A stretch of DNA of 64,000 bases from Mobula hypostoma (GCF_963921235.1 NC_086097.1:5580001-5644000); one strand, 5' to 3'; positions 1-12,340 are shown, counted from the stretch's first letter. Program-made: numbers and translations. The notes: generated from the letters alone by a model not told the origin.

Positions 1-1978
1 CCTGCCCATATTGTGAGGTGTCTGGCCGTTTAGTGAGTTCTTTGACATTATTGTGAGGTCTCTGGCCGTATTGAGGTCTTTGGTCGTATTGTGAGATCTC
101 TGACTGTATTGTGAGATCTCTGGCCGTATTGTGAGATCTGTGGCCGTATTGTGATGTCCCTGCCGGTACTGTGAGATCTCTGAAGGTACTGTGAGGTCTC
201 TGGCCGTATTGAGGTCTTTGGCCGTATTGTGAGATACCTGCCCATATTGTGAGGTGTCTGGCCATTTAGTGAGGTCTTTGAAACTATTGTGAGGTCTCTG
301 ACCTTATTGCAAGATCTCTGGCCGTATTGCGAGATCTCTGGGCATATCTCAGAATATTGCGAGTTACCTGTTCATATTGTGAGATGCCTTGCCATTTTGT
401 GAGGTCTTTGACTATACTGTGAGGTCTCTGGCCATACTGTGAGTTGTCTGACCGTATTGTGAGATCTCTGACCATATTGCAATGTCTCCGATCTTACTGT
501 GAATTCTCTGGCCGTACTGTGAGTGGTCAGGCCATTTTGTGGGGTCTCAGACCATATGCTGAAGTCCCTGGACGTATTGAGAGATCCCTGGCCATAGTGT
601 GATGAACCTGCCAGTATTGTGAGATCTCTGAAGGTACTGTGAGATTGCTGGCCATATTGTGAGGTCTCTGGCCATATTGCGAGATACCTGTCCATAGTGT
701 GAGGTCTCTGGCCATATTGCGAGATACCTGTCCATAGTGTGAGGTGTCTGGCCATTTAGTGAGGTCATTGACACTATTGTGAGGGCTCTGAACTACCTGT
801 AAGATCTCTGGCCCTATTGTGAGGTCTCTGGCCGTATTGTGAGGTCTCTGGCCATATTGCAACGTATCTGTCTGTATTGTGAGCTATCTGGCCGTTTCAT
901 GAGGTCTTTGACTGTGCTGTGAGGTCTCGGGCCATATTGTGATTTCCCTGACCGTATTGTGAGATCTTTGGCCATATTTTGAGATCTCTAACCATACTGT
1001 GATGTCTCCGATCTTGTTGTAAGTTTTCTGAACGTATTGTGACTTGTCAGGCCATTTTGCGGGGTCTCAGACCGTATGCTGAAGTCTCTGGAAGTATTAA
1101 GCGATCCCTGGCCATGCTGTGATGTCCTTGCCGGTATTGTGAGATCTCTGAAGGTACTGTGAGGTCTCTGGCCATATTGTGAGGTCTCTGGCCATATTGT
1201 GGGGTCTCTGGCCGTATTGTGATGTCCCTGCCAGTATTGTGAGATCGCTGGCCATATTGCGAGATACCTGTCCGTATTGTGAGGTGGCTGGCCGTTTAGT
1301 GAGGTCTTTGACACTATTGGGAGGTCTCTGAACTACCTGTAAGATCTCTGGCTGTATTGTGATGTCTCTGGCTGTATTTTAAGGTCTCTGGCCGTATTGT
1401 GCGGTCTCTGGCTGTTTTGTGAGGTCTGTGACCATATTGTGACATCTCTGAAGTTACTGCGAAATCAGTGGACGTATTGTAAGGTCTCTGGCCGTATTCT
1501 AAGGTCTGTGGCCATATTGCAAGGTCTGTGACTGTATTGTGAGGTCTCCAGCCATATTGCAATGTATCTGTCTGTATTGTGAGGTATCTGGCCATTTCGT
1601 GAGCTCTTTGACTGTACTGTGAGGTCTCAGGCCATATTGTGATTTCTCTGACCATATTGTGAGATCTCTGGCCATATTTTGAGATATCTGACCGTACTGC
1701 GATGTCTCCGATCTTGTTGTAAGTTTTCTGAACGTATTGTGACTTGTCAGGCCATTTTGTGGGGTCTCAGACCGTATGCTGAAGTCTCTGGAAGTATTAA
1801 GAGATCCCTGGCCATGCTGTGATGTCTCTGCCGGTATTGTGAGGTCTCTGGCCATATTGTGAAGTTTCTGGCCGTATTGTGAGATCTCTGAAGGTACTGT
1901 GAGATCACTGGCCACATTGCGAGATACCTGTCCATATTGTGAGGTGTCTGGCCACTTAGTGAGGTCATTGACACTATT
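1..1978. repeat. Satellite/minisatellite, 20-bp unit (consensus ~GCCRTATTGTGAGRTCTCTG) with higher-order blocks
   Basis: Roughly 100 diverged 20-mers in tandem. The same diagnostic variant block recurs at 531, 1051 and 1751. The array runs off the window start. Confidence 0.95.
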
Positions 1979-2060
1979 AAGTCATGTCTTCTCGTACTAG
2001 ACTTCCCCATCATGGGAAACAACTTTGCCACATCCAGTCTGTCAATCTGCCTTTCAACAT

Positions 2061-4560
2061 TCAAAATGTTTCTCTGAGGCCTCCCCTCATTCTTCTAAAC
2101 TCCAAGGAATACAGTCCAAGAGCGGACAAACGTTCCTCATATGCTAACCCTCTCATTCCCAGAATCATTCTAGTGAATCTTCTCTGTACCCTCTCCAATG
2201 TCAGCACATCCTTTCTTAAATAAGGAGACCAAAACTGCCCACGGTACCCCAAGTGAGGTCTCACCAGCGCCTTATAGAGCCTCAACATCACATCCCTGCT
2301 CCTATACTCTATTCCTCTAGAAATGAATGCCAACATCGCATTCGTCTTCTTCACTACTGACTCAACCTGGAGGTTAACCTGAAGGGTGTCCCAAGTCCCG
2401 TTGCATCTCAGAACTTTGAATTCTTTCCCCATTTATATAATAGTCTGCCCGCTTATTTCTTCTGCCAAAGTGCATAACCATACACTTTCTAACATTGTAT
2501 TTCATTTGCCACTTCTCTGCCCATTCTTCTAATCTATCCAAGCCTCTCTGCAGACTCTCCGTTTCCTCAGCACTACCGGTCCCTCCACCTATCTTTGTAT
2601 CGTCAGCAAACTTCGGCACAAAGCGATCTATTCCATAATCCAAATCGTTGATGTACAATTTAAAAAGAAGCGGCCCCAACATGGACCACTGTGGAACACC
2701 ACTGGTAACCGGCAGCCAAACAGAATAGGATCCCTTTATTCCCACTCTCTGATTCCTGCCAATCAGCCAATGCTCTATCCACGTATGTAACTTTCCCGTA
2801 ATTCCATGGGCTCTTATCTTGTTAAGTAGCCTCACGTGTGGCACCTTGTCAAAGGCCTTCTGAAAATCCAAATATACAACATCCACTACATCTCCCTTGT
2901 CTAGACTACTGGTAATTTCCTCAAAAAATTGCAATAGATTTGTCAGGCAGGATTTTACTTTAAGGAATCCATGCTGAGTTCTGCCTATCTTGTCATATGC
3001 CTCCAGGTACTCCGTAACCTCATCTTTGCCAATTGACTTCAAAAAATTCCCAACCACCGATGTCAAGCTAACAGGTCTATAATTTCCTTTTTGCTTCCTT
3101 GCCCCCTTCTTAAACAACGGAGTAACATTTGCAATCTTCCAGTCCTCCGGAACCATGCCAGAATCTATCGACCCTTGAAAGATCATCGCCAATTCCTCCG
3201 CAATCTCCACAGCTACTTCTTTCAGAACACGAGGGTGCATTCCATCTGGTCCAAGAGATTTATCTACCTTTAGACTATTCAGCTTCCTGAGTACTTTCTC
3301 TGTCATAATTGTGACTGCGCACACTTCTCTTCCCTGCCACCCTTGAGTGTCCGGTATACTGCTGATGTCTTCCTCAGTGAAGACTGATGCAAAATACTTG
3401 TTCAGTTCCTCCGCCATTTCCTTATCTCCCATTACAAATTCTCCAGCATCATTTTCTATCAGTCCTATATCTACTCTCACCTGTCTTTTACTCTTTATAT
3501 ACTTGTAAAAGCTTTTAGTATCCTCTTTGATATTATTTGCTAGCTTCCTTTCATAGTTAATCTTTTCCCTCTTAATGACCTTCTTCGTTTCCTTTTGTAA
3601 GCTTTTAAAAACTTCCCAATCCTCTGTCTTCCCACTAATTTTTGCTTCCTTGTATGCCCTCTCCTTTGCTTTAATTTTGGCTTTGACTTCTCTTGTCAGC
3701 CTCGGTTGCATCCTTTTTCCATTCGAAAATTTCTTCTTTTTTTTTTGGAATATACCTGTCTTGCACCTTCCTCACTTCTCGCATAAACTCCAGCCACTGC
3801 TGCTCTGCCGTCTTTCCCACCAGTGTCCCTTTCCAGTCAACTTTGGCCATTTCCTCTCTCATGCCACTGTAATTTCCTTTACTCCACTGAAATACCGACA
3901 CATCAGATTCTGGCTTCTCTTTTTCAAATTTCACAGTGAACGCAATCATGTTAAGATCACTGTCTCCTAAGGTTTCCTTCACCTCAATCTCTCTAATCAC
4001 CTCCAGTTCATTACACAATACCCAATCCAGTACAGCCGATCCCCTAGTGGGCTCAACAACAAGCTGTTCTAAAAAGCCATCTCGCAGACATTCTACAAAT
4101 TCTCTCTCTTGAGATCCAGTGCCAACCTGATTTTCCCAATCCACTCGCATGTTAAAATCCCCCACAATTATCATAACACTGCCCTTCTGACAAGCCTTTT
4201 CTATTTCCTGTTGTAATTTGTAGTCCACAACCCTGCAGGTGTTTGGAGGCCCATAAATAACTGCCATCAGGGTCCTTTTACCCCTGCTATTCCTTAGCTC
4301 AACCCATAAAGATTCTGCACCTTCTGATCCTATATCACCTCTTTCTAATGATTTAATATCATTTCTTACCAATAAAGCCACGCCTCCCCCTCTGCCTACC
4401 TTCCTATCCTTCCGATACACCGTGTATCCTTAGATGTTCAGCTCTCGGAGACATGCATCCTTTAGCCACATCTCAGTGATGGCCACAATATCATATCTGC
4501 CAATCTGTAGCTGTACGACAAGATCATCCACCTTATTCCTTATGCTGCGTGCATTTAAGT
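2061..4560 (-). pseudogene. CR1 ORF2 (AP endonuclease + reverse transcriptase), frameshifted
   Basis: ORFs 3671..4420 (APE), 2374..3711 (RT) and 2061..2432 (C-terminus). Breaks at the poly-T near 3737-3747 and near 2390. Confidence 0.92.
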
Positions 4561-4743
4561 ACAACACATTAACCAGCATTTGGTACTTTTCGTTTTGATT
4601 TCACTGCAACTCATCCCAATGGCTACAAATTTGCCCCATCACCTGCCTGTCTTTCCTGACATTATTACTGCTCACTATCTTAGATTTATTTCTGTTTTCC
4701 CCTTCCTCCGCTCTGTCATTCCAGTTTCCATCCCCCTGCCAAA

Positions 4744-5692
4744 TTAGTTTAAACCCTCCCTAACAGCTCTATTAAACTTTCCCACCGGGACATTAGTCCC
4801 CTTCGTGTTCAGGTGTAACCTGTCCTTTTTGAACAGGTCATACTTCCCCCAGAAGAGATCCCAATTATCCAAGAATCTGAAGCCCTGCCCCCTGCACCAG
4901 TCTCTCAGCCACGCATTCATCTGCCTGATCCTACTATTCTTGCCCTTGCTAGCACGTGGCACAGGTAGCAATCCCGAGATTACTACCCTGGAGGTCCTGC
5001 TTCTCAGCTTCCTTCCTAACTCCTGGAAATCTCTCTTCAGGACTTCCTCCTTTGTCCTATCTATGTCATTGGTACCAACATGTACCAAGACAACTGGCTG
5101 CTCACCCTCCCCCTTCAGAATATTCAGGATCCGATCCGAGACATTCCGTACCCTGGCACTTGGGAGGCAACACCATGCGGGTATCTCTATCAGTCTCACA
5201 GAATCTCCTGTCCGTTCCCCTGACTATGAAATCCCCCACGACTACCGCATTTCTCTTCTCCCTCCTTCTCTCCGGCACAACAGTGCCAGGCTCAGTGCCA
5301 GAGACCCGGTCACCGTGGGCGTCCCCTGTCAGGTCATCCCCCTCAACAGCATCCAGAACAAGATATTTATTGCTGAGGGGGACAGCCACGGGTGTGCTCC
5401 CCACTATCCGGGCACTTCCCTTCCCTCTCTTGACAGTCACCCAGTTTTCTGACCCTTGTAGCCTAGGGATGATTACCTCCCTGTAGCTCCTATCTATACC
5501 CTCTTCACTTTCCCTGATAAGCAGTAGGTCATCAAGCTGCAGCTCCAGATCCCTAACACGGTCTCTGAGGAGCTGCATCTCGGTGCACCTGGGGCAGATG
5601 TGGCCATCAGGGAGGCTGGAGGTCTCCCAGGATTCCCACATCTGACACCCTGAACAAAGGACTAACCCTGTAGGCATGCTATCTAATTCCAC
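4744..5692 (-). pseudogene. CR1 ORF1 (zinc finger/coiled coil + SGNH/GDSL esterase), one frameshift near 5170
   Basis: ORFs 5102..5692 and 4744..5199 carry 'CSGCQMW..CPRC', 'VVGDFIVRG', 'VHVGTND' and 'DRLHLN'. Confidence 0.9.
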
Positions 5693-5950
5693 TGGAATGA
5701 AACATGAAAAAAAAGTCTACTCACCCACTTACCTCACCAAACAGATGAACTTTTTAAACTGTTAGCTCATACCGTTAGCTGTGAGAGCCCTGCTGTTCCT
5801 GTTTGTCCAGGCCGATTCGCAAAAGGTGGGGGGAGAAAAAAAGGGTTGGTGCTTCGCTCTCGCCTCTTCCCATTTACCGCCGAAGCCCGTTGAAGCCAAA
5901 GCCCAACACTCTGCTACTGCTTACTCCGCTGCCCGCTGTATAGGGTGGTC

Positions 5951-6257
5951 TCCTTTTTAAACTCTCCGAGCTGTCCTGTTGACATCACGCGCCTGCTGCA
6001 GTCTCGTCCTTCTTGCACTCGAAGAAGTTTTTAATAAAACTGCCTTCCTTCAGAATTCAGCTCCCACGACGCTCTGTAGTCCCGATCCAAAAGACAACCA
6101 TTGGTAGCAACCTTCCTTTTTAAACTCTCCACGCTGTCCTGTTGACATCACACACCTGCGCAGTCTCGTCCTTCTTGCACTTGAAGAAGTTTGTTAAAAA
6201 ACTGCCTTCCTTCAGAATTCAGCTCCCACGATGCTCTGTAGTCCCGATCCAAAAGAC
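5951..6257 (-). repeat. Two tandem ~160-bp monomers at the CR1 5' end
   Basis: 5951-6095 and 6114-6257 both run tcctttttaaactctcc...gtagtcccgatccaaaagac. Confidence 0.9.
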
Positions 6258-7310
6258 CTAAGGCCTCAGTGCTTTATAAAGTCTCAACATTACTTACTTG
6301 CTTTTATATTCTAGTCCTCTTGAAATGAATGCTAACATTGCACTTGCCTTCCTCACCACAGACTCACCCTGCAAGTCCCACCCTACACAAGAACTCCCGA
6401 AACCCTCAGGTTTTTGTATTTTCTTGCCTTTTAGAAAATAGTCTAAGCTTCCAATTCTTCTATCAAAGTGCTCGACCATACACTTCCCAACACTATATTC
6501 CATCTGCCACTTTTTTGCCCATTCTCCTAATCTGTCTAAATCCATCTGCAGCCTCTCTACTTCCTCGAAACTACTTGCCCCTCCACTTGTCTTCATATCG
6601 TCTGCAAACTTTGCAACAAAGCCAGCAATTCCATCATCCAAATCAAGAAATAATGGAAAAAGAATCAGTCTCAACACAAACCCCTGCAGAACACCGCTAA
6701 TCACCAGCAGCCAACCTGAAAAAGTTCCTTTTATTCCCATTCTTTACCTTCTGCCAATCAGCCACTGTTTTATCCATGTTAGAATCTTTCCTGTAATACC
6801 ATAGGCTCTTAGCTTGTGAAGCCACCTCATGTGTGGCACCTTGTCAAGTGCCTTCTGAACATCCAAGTACACAACATCAACTGATTCTCCTTTGTCTATC
6901 CTGCTTGTTATTTTTTCAAAGAATTCTAACAGATTTGTCAGGCAGAATTTTCTGTTGAGGAAATCATCTTACAAATGCCCATTTTATCATGTGCCTCTAA
7001 GTACTGTGAAACCACAGCCTTAACAACCAATTCCAACAGCTTCCCAACCACTGAGGTCAGACTAACCGGCCCATAATTTTCTTTTTCTGCCTCTCACCCT
7101 TCTTGAAATATGGAGTGACATTTGCAATTTTCCAGTCCTCCAGAATCTAGTGATTCTTGAAAGAATATCACTAATGCCTCCACAATTTCTTCAGCCACCT
7201 CACGAGGAACTCAGGGGTGTACTCTGTCTGGTCCAGGTGACCTATCTACACTTAGAGCTTTCAGTTCTCAAGAACCTTCATCCTAGTAATGGTCACTTCA
7301 ACACTACGTG
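6258..7310 (-). mobile_element. Older CR1 RT fragment, interrupted by the 1979-6257 element
   Basis: ORF 6294..6740 has 'KFADD' and 'MLAFISRGLEYKS'. Degenerate RT continues to ~7300. Confidence 0.88.
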
Positions 7311-7539
7311 ACCATGCCAGTTCAATCCACTTTGTTATCCTTTTTATACACGTTCCAGTATTGTTTGGAGCAGGTACTATGGGTGGGTACATCCTGTGGG
7401 TTAGACCAGAAAAAAAAACACCCCAAAGGAGTTTCAACTCCAGTCTTTAACTAATGGGTAAGCATGTCAATCAACACAGAGCTACCATATGGTAACAATT
7501 ATTCTTGTCTAATAACTAGTTGATTTTGTGTGTGCTGTG

Positions 7540-7785
7540 TAACAGGCCCTTCTGGCCTAATGAGCCGCATCACCCAGCAACCCACCTCTTTAACCCTAGG
7601 CTAATCACAGGATAATTTATAATGACCAATTAACCTACTAACCAGTACACCTTTGGACTGTGGGAGGAAACCGGAGAATAACCCAGGCATTCCACAGGGA
7701 AGGCGTACAGACTCCTTACAGATGACATCAGAATTGAACTCCAAACTCCAATGACCCGAGCTTAATAGTTTCACACTATGCGCTA
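7540..7785 (-). mobile_element. HE1/V-SINE-like tRNA-derived SINE
   Basis: 'ctttggactgtgggaggaaaccggag' is V-domain-like. CR1-like 3' tail 'aacaggcccttctggcc'. B-box-like 'gagttcaattc' on the minus strand. Confidence 0.75.
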
Positions 7786-8299
7786 TATAGATAGTCAGGA
7801 GAAGATCACTTTTTCTAAAACATAGATACCATTTCCTAGCTTGACTCTATTAGAATTGCATGATTTATGAAGCATAATCAACATTTTAATTAAGGAATAT
7901 GGTCTCGCATAGACAGGATACCAGTGGAGGAAAGAGAGGAGAGAGTGTTCTGCATCTGATTACTGAGGAGATACCACAGTGGAAGAACAAAGACTGCCAG
8001 GCTATGTCACAGCTTCTGACCCCAGGGAGTGAGACTTCTGAACAGTCTGCTGCCTCCCAGTACACATTCATAACCAGGAGACCAGCAGCATTATACTGGT
8101 GTATATTGAACAAATTATGTGCACTTTATGTCATCTACAGACTATTTATTTATCTTTTAATAAAACTGCATTAATATTACTTTATGTGCTGTATTTGATA
8201 TACTGTCTATACTGTGTTTTGCATCTTGGTCCTTGAGGAGATTTGTTTTGCTTACCTGTATACGTATGTACGCTTGAATGACAAAGTTGAACTTGAAAA

Positions 8300-9845
8300 T
8301 CATGGCAGCAGTCTGAGGTGAAATGTCTGAGGGATCATCCAGTGAGGCATTCTGGGTGCGGCTGAGAAATAAGAAAATGACGGCCACTTCATCGAGATTG
8401 TACTTTTGGAGCTCTTGGATTCCAAATGTTTTAGATCCAAGGGTTATTGGGGCTTTGATCAAGAAAAAGAAGTCCATTGGGATCAAATGGATCTCAGGAG
8501 AAGTATAGGAAATGCTGGAGTATGTTTAAGAAAGCTCAGAAGGGGAAGGAAGTCAGGAAAGGAGGCATAAAACTTGTTGCTTCATGATCATTCTATTAAG
8601 CATTAATTGAACAAAGAATTGGAAATGGAGAGTAGCAGGAATCTAGTAGCTAAGAACAAAGAACAAAAAAAAAGAATAAAGATGGCAGGGCAACATGTTC
8701 AGCTCTTCTTAAACCCCAGAGATTAGAAACATACAAGTTAAATTTATAGATGAGAGTTAACCAATCAGATAGCTCCTATTCAAATAATGCAACTCCAGAG
8801 AAACTTCCAGCATCATGCAAAGAACTGTGACCACTAGAGGACAGACTGAACAATTGCATAGACATACTGTGGCCACTGAGAAACGTACTAAACAGTCACA
8901 TGTATATAGGTAATTATATAAAATACAAGCACACATGAATGGTTAAACTGAACAGAATATAACAATTGCAGTTTATTTCTACTGACTGCTGGTATTCAAT
9001 AGGAATTAGAGGAACTGAAGAAAGTTACAAGAATAATAAGGTTGCTCTTGTGGGCAATTTTAACTTTGAATATAGATTAGAACTGCCGTTGTGCTAAGGG
9101 CTTAGAAAGGGTGGAATTTGTTAAATGTGCTCAGGAAGGTTTCATCAGACATTATATAGAAGGCCATACAGAGCAGAGGGCAGAACCCGACCTGTAATTG
9201 GGATAGAGCCAATTGAGTTATTGAGGTATCTGTGATAAAGCACTTTGGGAGCCAGTGATTGTGGTTCTATTAATTAAGAAAGGAATGGGTCTGGTGCACA
9301 GTTAAAGCTCTAAATTGGGGTAAGGCAAATTTTGATGGTATTAAATAGGAACTTGCAAATGTTGACTGTTGTGTGTGTTTTTTGCGAGTGAAGTGTTGGC
9401 CAGTATTTTAAAAAAGAGATAGTGAGGGTTGAAAGTCTCACATGCTCCTCCCTACCATGGATCCCTTGGGGTTCATAGCACAGGGAGTTCAAGATTGGGA
9501 GCCCCTGTGCTAAAATGAAGGAAAAGATTAGCAAATTAGGCGATCCTCAATAATGCGGGTTATTGGGGCTTTGATCAAGAAAAAGAAGTCCATTGGGATC
9601 AAGTGGATCTCAGGAGAAGTATAGGAAATGCTGCAGTATGTTTAAGAAAGCTCAGAAGGGCAAAAAAAGGGGCCATGATATAGGTTTTTCAGAAAAGATT
9701 AAGGGGAATCTATATAGATTTTTTGTCTTGGTATAGTTTACATTGCAGCAGAAGAGGTATTGGATGTCTTAAACTCTGGGGCCTGACAAAGTGTATCCAA
9801 GAATATTGTGGGATGCTCGAAGAGAAATTACAGGAGCTGCAGCGA
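8300..9845 (+). mobile_element. Highly decayed CR1 ORF2 fragments with internal insertions
   Basis: 'EAFWVRLRNKK' APE remnant; 'gggcaatttaacttt' (GDFN-like); 'gggcctgacaaagtgtatccaaga' (PGPD-YPR). Confidence 0.7.
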
Positions 9846-9989
9846 ACTGATTGGAATGAGGGGAAGATATTCTACAGGAAAAATTAGTGTGGAAAGGAAT
9901 TATCTTGTGATTCAGCATAGACTTGATCAGTCATATGATCTATTTCTAGCATAAAAATATGAAATGCAATGATTATCAATACTTCCATA

Positions 9990-10165
9990 GTATCAAGGAC
10001 ATCTTCAAAAGGTAATACCTCAAAAAGGTGGCATCCATTATTAAGGACCCCCACCAGCCAGGCTGTGTTCTCTTCTCATTTCTACTATCAGGGAGGAGAC
10101 ATGAAAGCCTGTCAACACACACGCAGCATTTTAAGATCAGCTTCTTCCTCTCTGCCATTAGACGT
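9990..10165 (+). mobile_element. Rex1/Babar-type LINE 3' fragment
   Basis: 'gcatccattattaaggacccccacc...tcagggaggaga...agcttcttcctctctgccattaga' is a remnant of the DPxHP..LPSGRR..SFFP.AIR motif. Confidence 0.65.
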
Positions 10166-10325
10166 TAAACCAGATTTTGATTGTGAATCTGACATTTAAA
10201 ACAGTTAAAAAAAAAATTTGAAATTTATTTCAACTCTACAGTAGAGAATAGCCAATAACCAATATTACGATAATTTTGACTCTCTAGTGAAGTTCGTTTA
10301 TTGTCATTTTAACTGTGTACACATA

Positions 10326-10393
10326 CGGTACCGTGCAGAAGTCTTGGGCACTATATATACAGCTAGGATGTCTAAGATTCTAGCATAGTAGTA
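10326..10393. mobile_element. Tiny Tc1-like MITE remnant
   Basis: Imperfect ~26-bp inverted arms (cggtaccgtgcagaagtcttgggcac / atgtctaagattctagcatagtagta) resembling CAGTACTGTGCAAAAGT Tc1 ends. Confidence 0.55.
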
Positions 10394-10607
10394 TTTTATG
10401 CATTGCGCTGTACTGCCGACACAAGAAAAATCAAATCTCCTGACATGTGAGTGATGATAAACCTGATTCTGATATGGGCCCCTATTGTGGACTGAGAGTG
10501 GAAGGGGAGAGGAGAATCATGGTTGGGTAATGGGGAAGGAAGTGGGGAGGGAGCAAAAAGCGCCAGGGAGACATTCTGTAATGATCAATAAATCAATTGT
10601 TTAGAAT

Positions 10608-11450
10608 AGATAGATAGATAGATAGATAGATACACTTTATTAATCCCGAAGGAAATTTGGTTTCGTTACAGCCGCACCAACCAAGAATAGAGCGTAAATT
10701 TAGCAATACAAAAAATCCCAACAATTAAACACCAAAATGCAAACTATGCCAGATGGAAAATAAGTCCAGGGCCAGTCTATTGGCTCAGGGTGTCTGACCC
10801 TCCACGGGAGGAGCTGCACGTTCGATGGCCACAGGCAGGAACGACCTCCCGTGCCACCAAGTGTTGTATCACGGTGGAATGTGGCTGAAGTCCAACAGTA
10901 AAAAGTTCAATATTCAGTCTGCAAACACGTTCCTCGATCGTAATACGCCCCGGATTGCACCATCCATTGTTAGCCAGAACAGTAAGCACCGAACACCTTT
11001 ATGCTTACCGCTGTCAGTGCACTTCCAGTCAGTCGGAACGGTATTACCCACCAAACTCCTCTTCTCCAAAAGTCTCTGTTGTCTCGACCCGGTCCTCTTC
11101 CCTCGGCTTTGTGATCCCCCTCTCCATCCTCTGTGTGTTTTCCTCTGGATTTCAGCAGGGGTGTCCGCCGCTCTGTTAGCTAAGCCGGCCGGTCTTTGCT
11201 GGTCCGTGAAATACACAATGCGACCCTGCTTCTGTCCCGCGTGTCGGGATGTAACCATTTCCAGCGCTAAAGAAAACCCAAATAAAACTCTTTCTACCAG
11301 CTTGTTAGAGAGGGTGCAGCTTCGACAGACATTTTACCGTGAGAGAAAAAAAATACAAAAAATAACGTAAATTAAAAAGTAAGAAGAAGAAAGTAAGAAT
11401 AGATGGGAATGGCAGTACCAGGCTGTGTGCACGACCGGCGCATGCGCACT
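10608..11450 (-). mobile_element. Internally deleted (5'+3') Rex1/Babar-type non-autonomous retroelement with (TATC)n tail
   Basis: Intact-looking 5' end, N-terminal ORF 10914..11258, APE remnant 'NNGWCNPGRITIEERVC', then a jump to the 3' end and (GATA)n at 10607-10632. Possible 'aat' TSD. Confidence 0.75.
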
Positions 11451-11569
11451 AATCAAATGACCTTGATTAGTGTTTTAAGGCTGGGTGTGTCTGCACCCAT
11501 GCTAACACCCCCCCCCCCCACACCCCGGCTCTCCTTCTCTACCACCCGTCACACAACCCTTCCAGACAA

Positions 11570-12340
11570 ACTGTAAATACTGAAAGGAAGAAATAATAAC
11601 AATAAATAAATACGCAATAAACATCATAAAAATGAGATGAAGAGTCCTTGAAAGTAAGTCTATAGGTTGAGGGAACAGTTCAGCGGTGGGGTGAGTGAAG
11701 ATGAGTGAAATTATCCCCACCGGTTCAGGAGCCTGATGGCTGACGTGTAATAACTATTCCTGAAATTGGTGGTGGGGATCCTGAGGTTCCTGTACCTTCT
11801 TTTTGATGGCAGCAGTAAACAGAGAGCGTGTCCTGGATCGTGGTGGTCCCTTATGATGGAAGCTGGTTTCCTGCAGCAATGCTTCATGTAGATGTGGTTA
11901 ATAGTGGGGATAGCTTTGTCCGTGATGAATTGGGTCGTACACACTATTTTTTGTGGGGTCTACCATTCAAGTGCATAAGTGTTTCCAGTAATGCAGCCAG
12001 TCAATATATTCGCCACCTCATATCTACAGCAGTTTGTCAAAGTCTTAAATGTCATACTGAATCACTGCAAATGTCTAAGGAAGTAGAGGCAATGCCGTGC
12101 TTTCTTCGCAATTGCACTGAAGTGCTGGGTCCAGGATAAGTCTTCTGAAATAATAACACTGAGGAAGATCGAGTTGCTGATCCCCTCCACCTCTGATCCT
12201 CCAATGAGGACTGGCTCATGGACATCTAGTTTCCTTCTTCCGAAGTCAATAATCAGCTCCTTAGACTTGCTGACATTGAATATGGGGCTGTTATGGCATC
12301 ACTTGTCCAGATTTTCATTTTCCCTCCTATATGCTGCACT
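11570..12340 (-). mobile_element. Rex1/Babar-type LINE 3' fragment
   Basis: ORF 11711..11944 reads 'IIRDHHDPGHALCLLLPSKRRYRNL..NSYYTSAIRLLN'. Confidence 0.8.

Larger units (their letters stand above)
1979..6257 (-). mobile_element. CR1-clade (HER1-like) LINE, near full length; 3' tail replaced by the satellite
   Basis: 5' UTR, then ORF1 (CxxC..CxxC, coiled coil, SGNH esterase), then ORF2 (APE 'GDFN', RT 'YLDFQKAFDKVPH', 'FADD', 'LVRPHL'). Several frameshifts. Confidence 0.95.

Noticed and set aside
48..1915. Many overlapping minus-strand ORFs with YGQRPHNTARDLTI repeats
   Set aside because: They are by-products of a 20-bp satellite unit with few stops on that strand; the same peptide cycles through all three frames.
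1..1978. CRISPR-like regular spacing
   Set aside because: Units are contiguous with no unique spacers, there are no cas genes, and the context is eukaryotic.
4805..5486. 215-aa and 176-aa plus-strand ORFs
   Set aside because: They are antisense shadows of CR1 ORF1 with no recognisable domain.
9455..9515. Hairpin tagcacaggg...ccctgtgcta
   Set aside because: It is short and probably a hAT-type MITE remnant or chance; too little sequence to call.
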